This document shows positions 63,568 to 64,000 of a DNA stretch of 64,000 nt, piece by piece. The DNA is taken from contig CM082586.2 of the NCBI GenBank assembly GCA_040954595.2, positions 1,741,124 to 1,805,123 of the forward strand, in the 5' to 3' direction. The notes under the pieces are model-generated. The model made no database searches. It was not told the origin of the DNA and saw only the letters and a program-made list of their open reading frames with translations. The first letter of the stretch is position 1. Each line of letters starts with the position of its first letter. Origin of the DNA: Balanoglossus misakiensis. Lineage: Eukaryota > Animalia > Hemichordata. A program made the position numbers and the translations under genes.

Positions 63568-64000
63568 TTACCGATGGAAATGACCAAACGCAGATACAGC
63601 CACAACCCACGCCACACTGACGAGAAATACCAGCAGATAAATGACGAAGAGAATTCGATCCAAGGTTCTGACGACTCGATCCCATTCATCTTGGCTACGG
63701 CCATTCACTTGCTGTTGGGAAAAGTCGAGGAAAAATGGAATTATGTAATATGACCGTGAAAACAAACTAAACTTTTGATAGAGTACTTTTTATTTCGAAA
63801 TTCGTTCGATTAGACCACAATATCGGGTATCAATCAGATTTCCAGCCAAACAGCCCAAGCATTTGTTTTCATTTCGTGATTTGGTCGAAAGGTTGTCTAT
63901 GCTTTAACTCGGCAACGGTGATACTTTAGGAACATACCTCATCTTCAGCATGGCTAGTACGTCTACGAAATTCCCCATCTTCTTTCCCACAGTTGCAACG
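63568..64000 (-). CDS. 3' end of a third Cys-loop channel subunit (C), truncated by the window edge
   Basis: Terminal exon 63568-63711 (QVNGRSQDEWDRVVRTLDRILFVIYLLVFLVSVAWVV) closely matches the M4 exon of gene B. The preceding exon 63938->64000 ends in a phase-0 GAG|GTATGT donor. Confidence 0.8.

Overview
This is eukaryotic, intron-rich animal DNA, not prokaryotic. The gene families suggest a marine invertebrate, possibly a deuterostome (inference). I reconstructed spliced gene models by hand from GT/GC-AG sites and reading-frame phase. In order: (1) a 17-exon GABA-B-receptor-like class C GPCR (-); (2) three paralogous five-exon secreted proteins built as signal peptide / pro-region / RxRR furin site / CxC / kringle / spongin short-chain-collagen-type NC1 domain (-), two upstream and one downstream of (3) a CILP-like gene (+) that appears to have a type II membrane anchor; (4) a TPD52-family gene (-) head-to-head with (5) SF3B6/p14 (+); (6) an uncharacterised acidic protein with 21-aa basic helical repeats (+); (7) a 631-aa E/R/K-rich single-alpha-helix-type protein (-); (8) a Golgi-type sulfotransferase (-); (9) a tandem array of at least three divergent Cys-loop channel subunits (-), the third cut by the window edge. 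Small non-autonomous DNA-transposon relics, a palindrome and mini/microsatellites lie in introns and intergenic DNA. The first ~4.3 kb, 13-14.5 kb and 28.8-30.4 kb contain nothing I could identify. The best novelty candidates are the kringle-NC1 family and the Cys-loop cluster that has lost the acetylcholine aromatic box.
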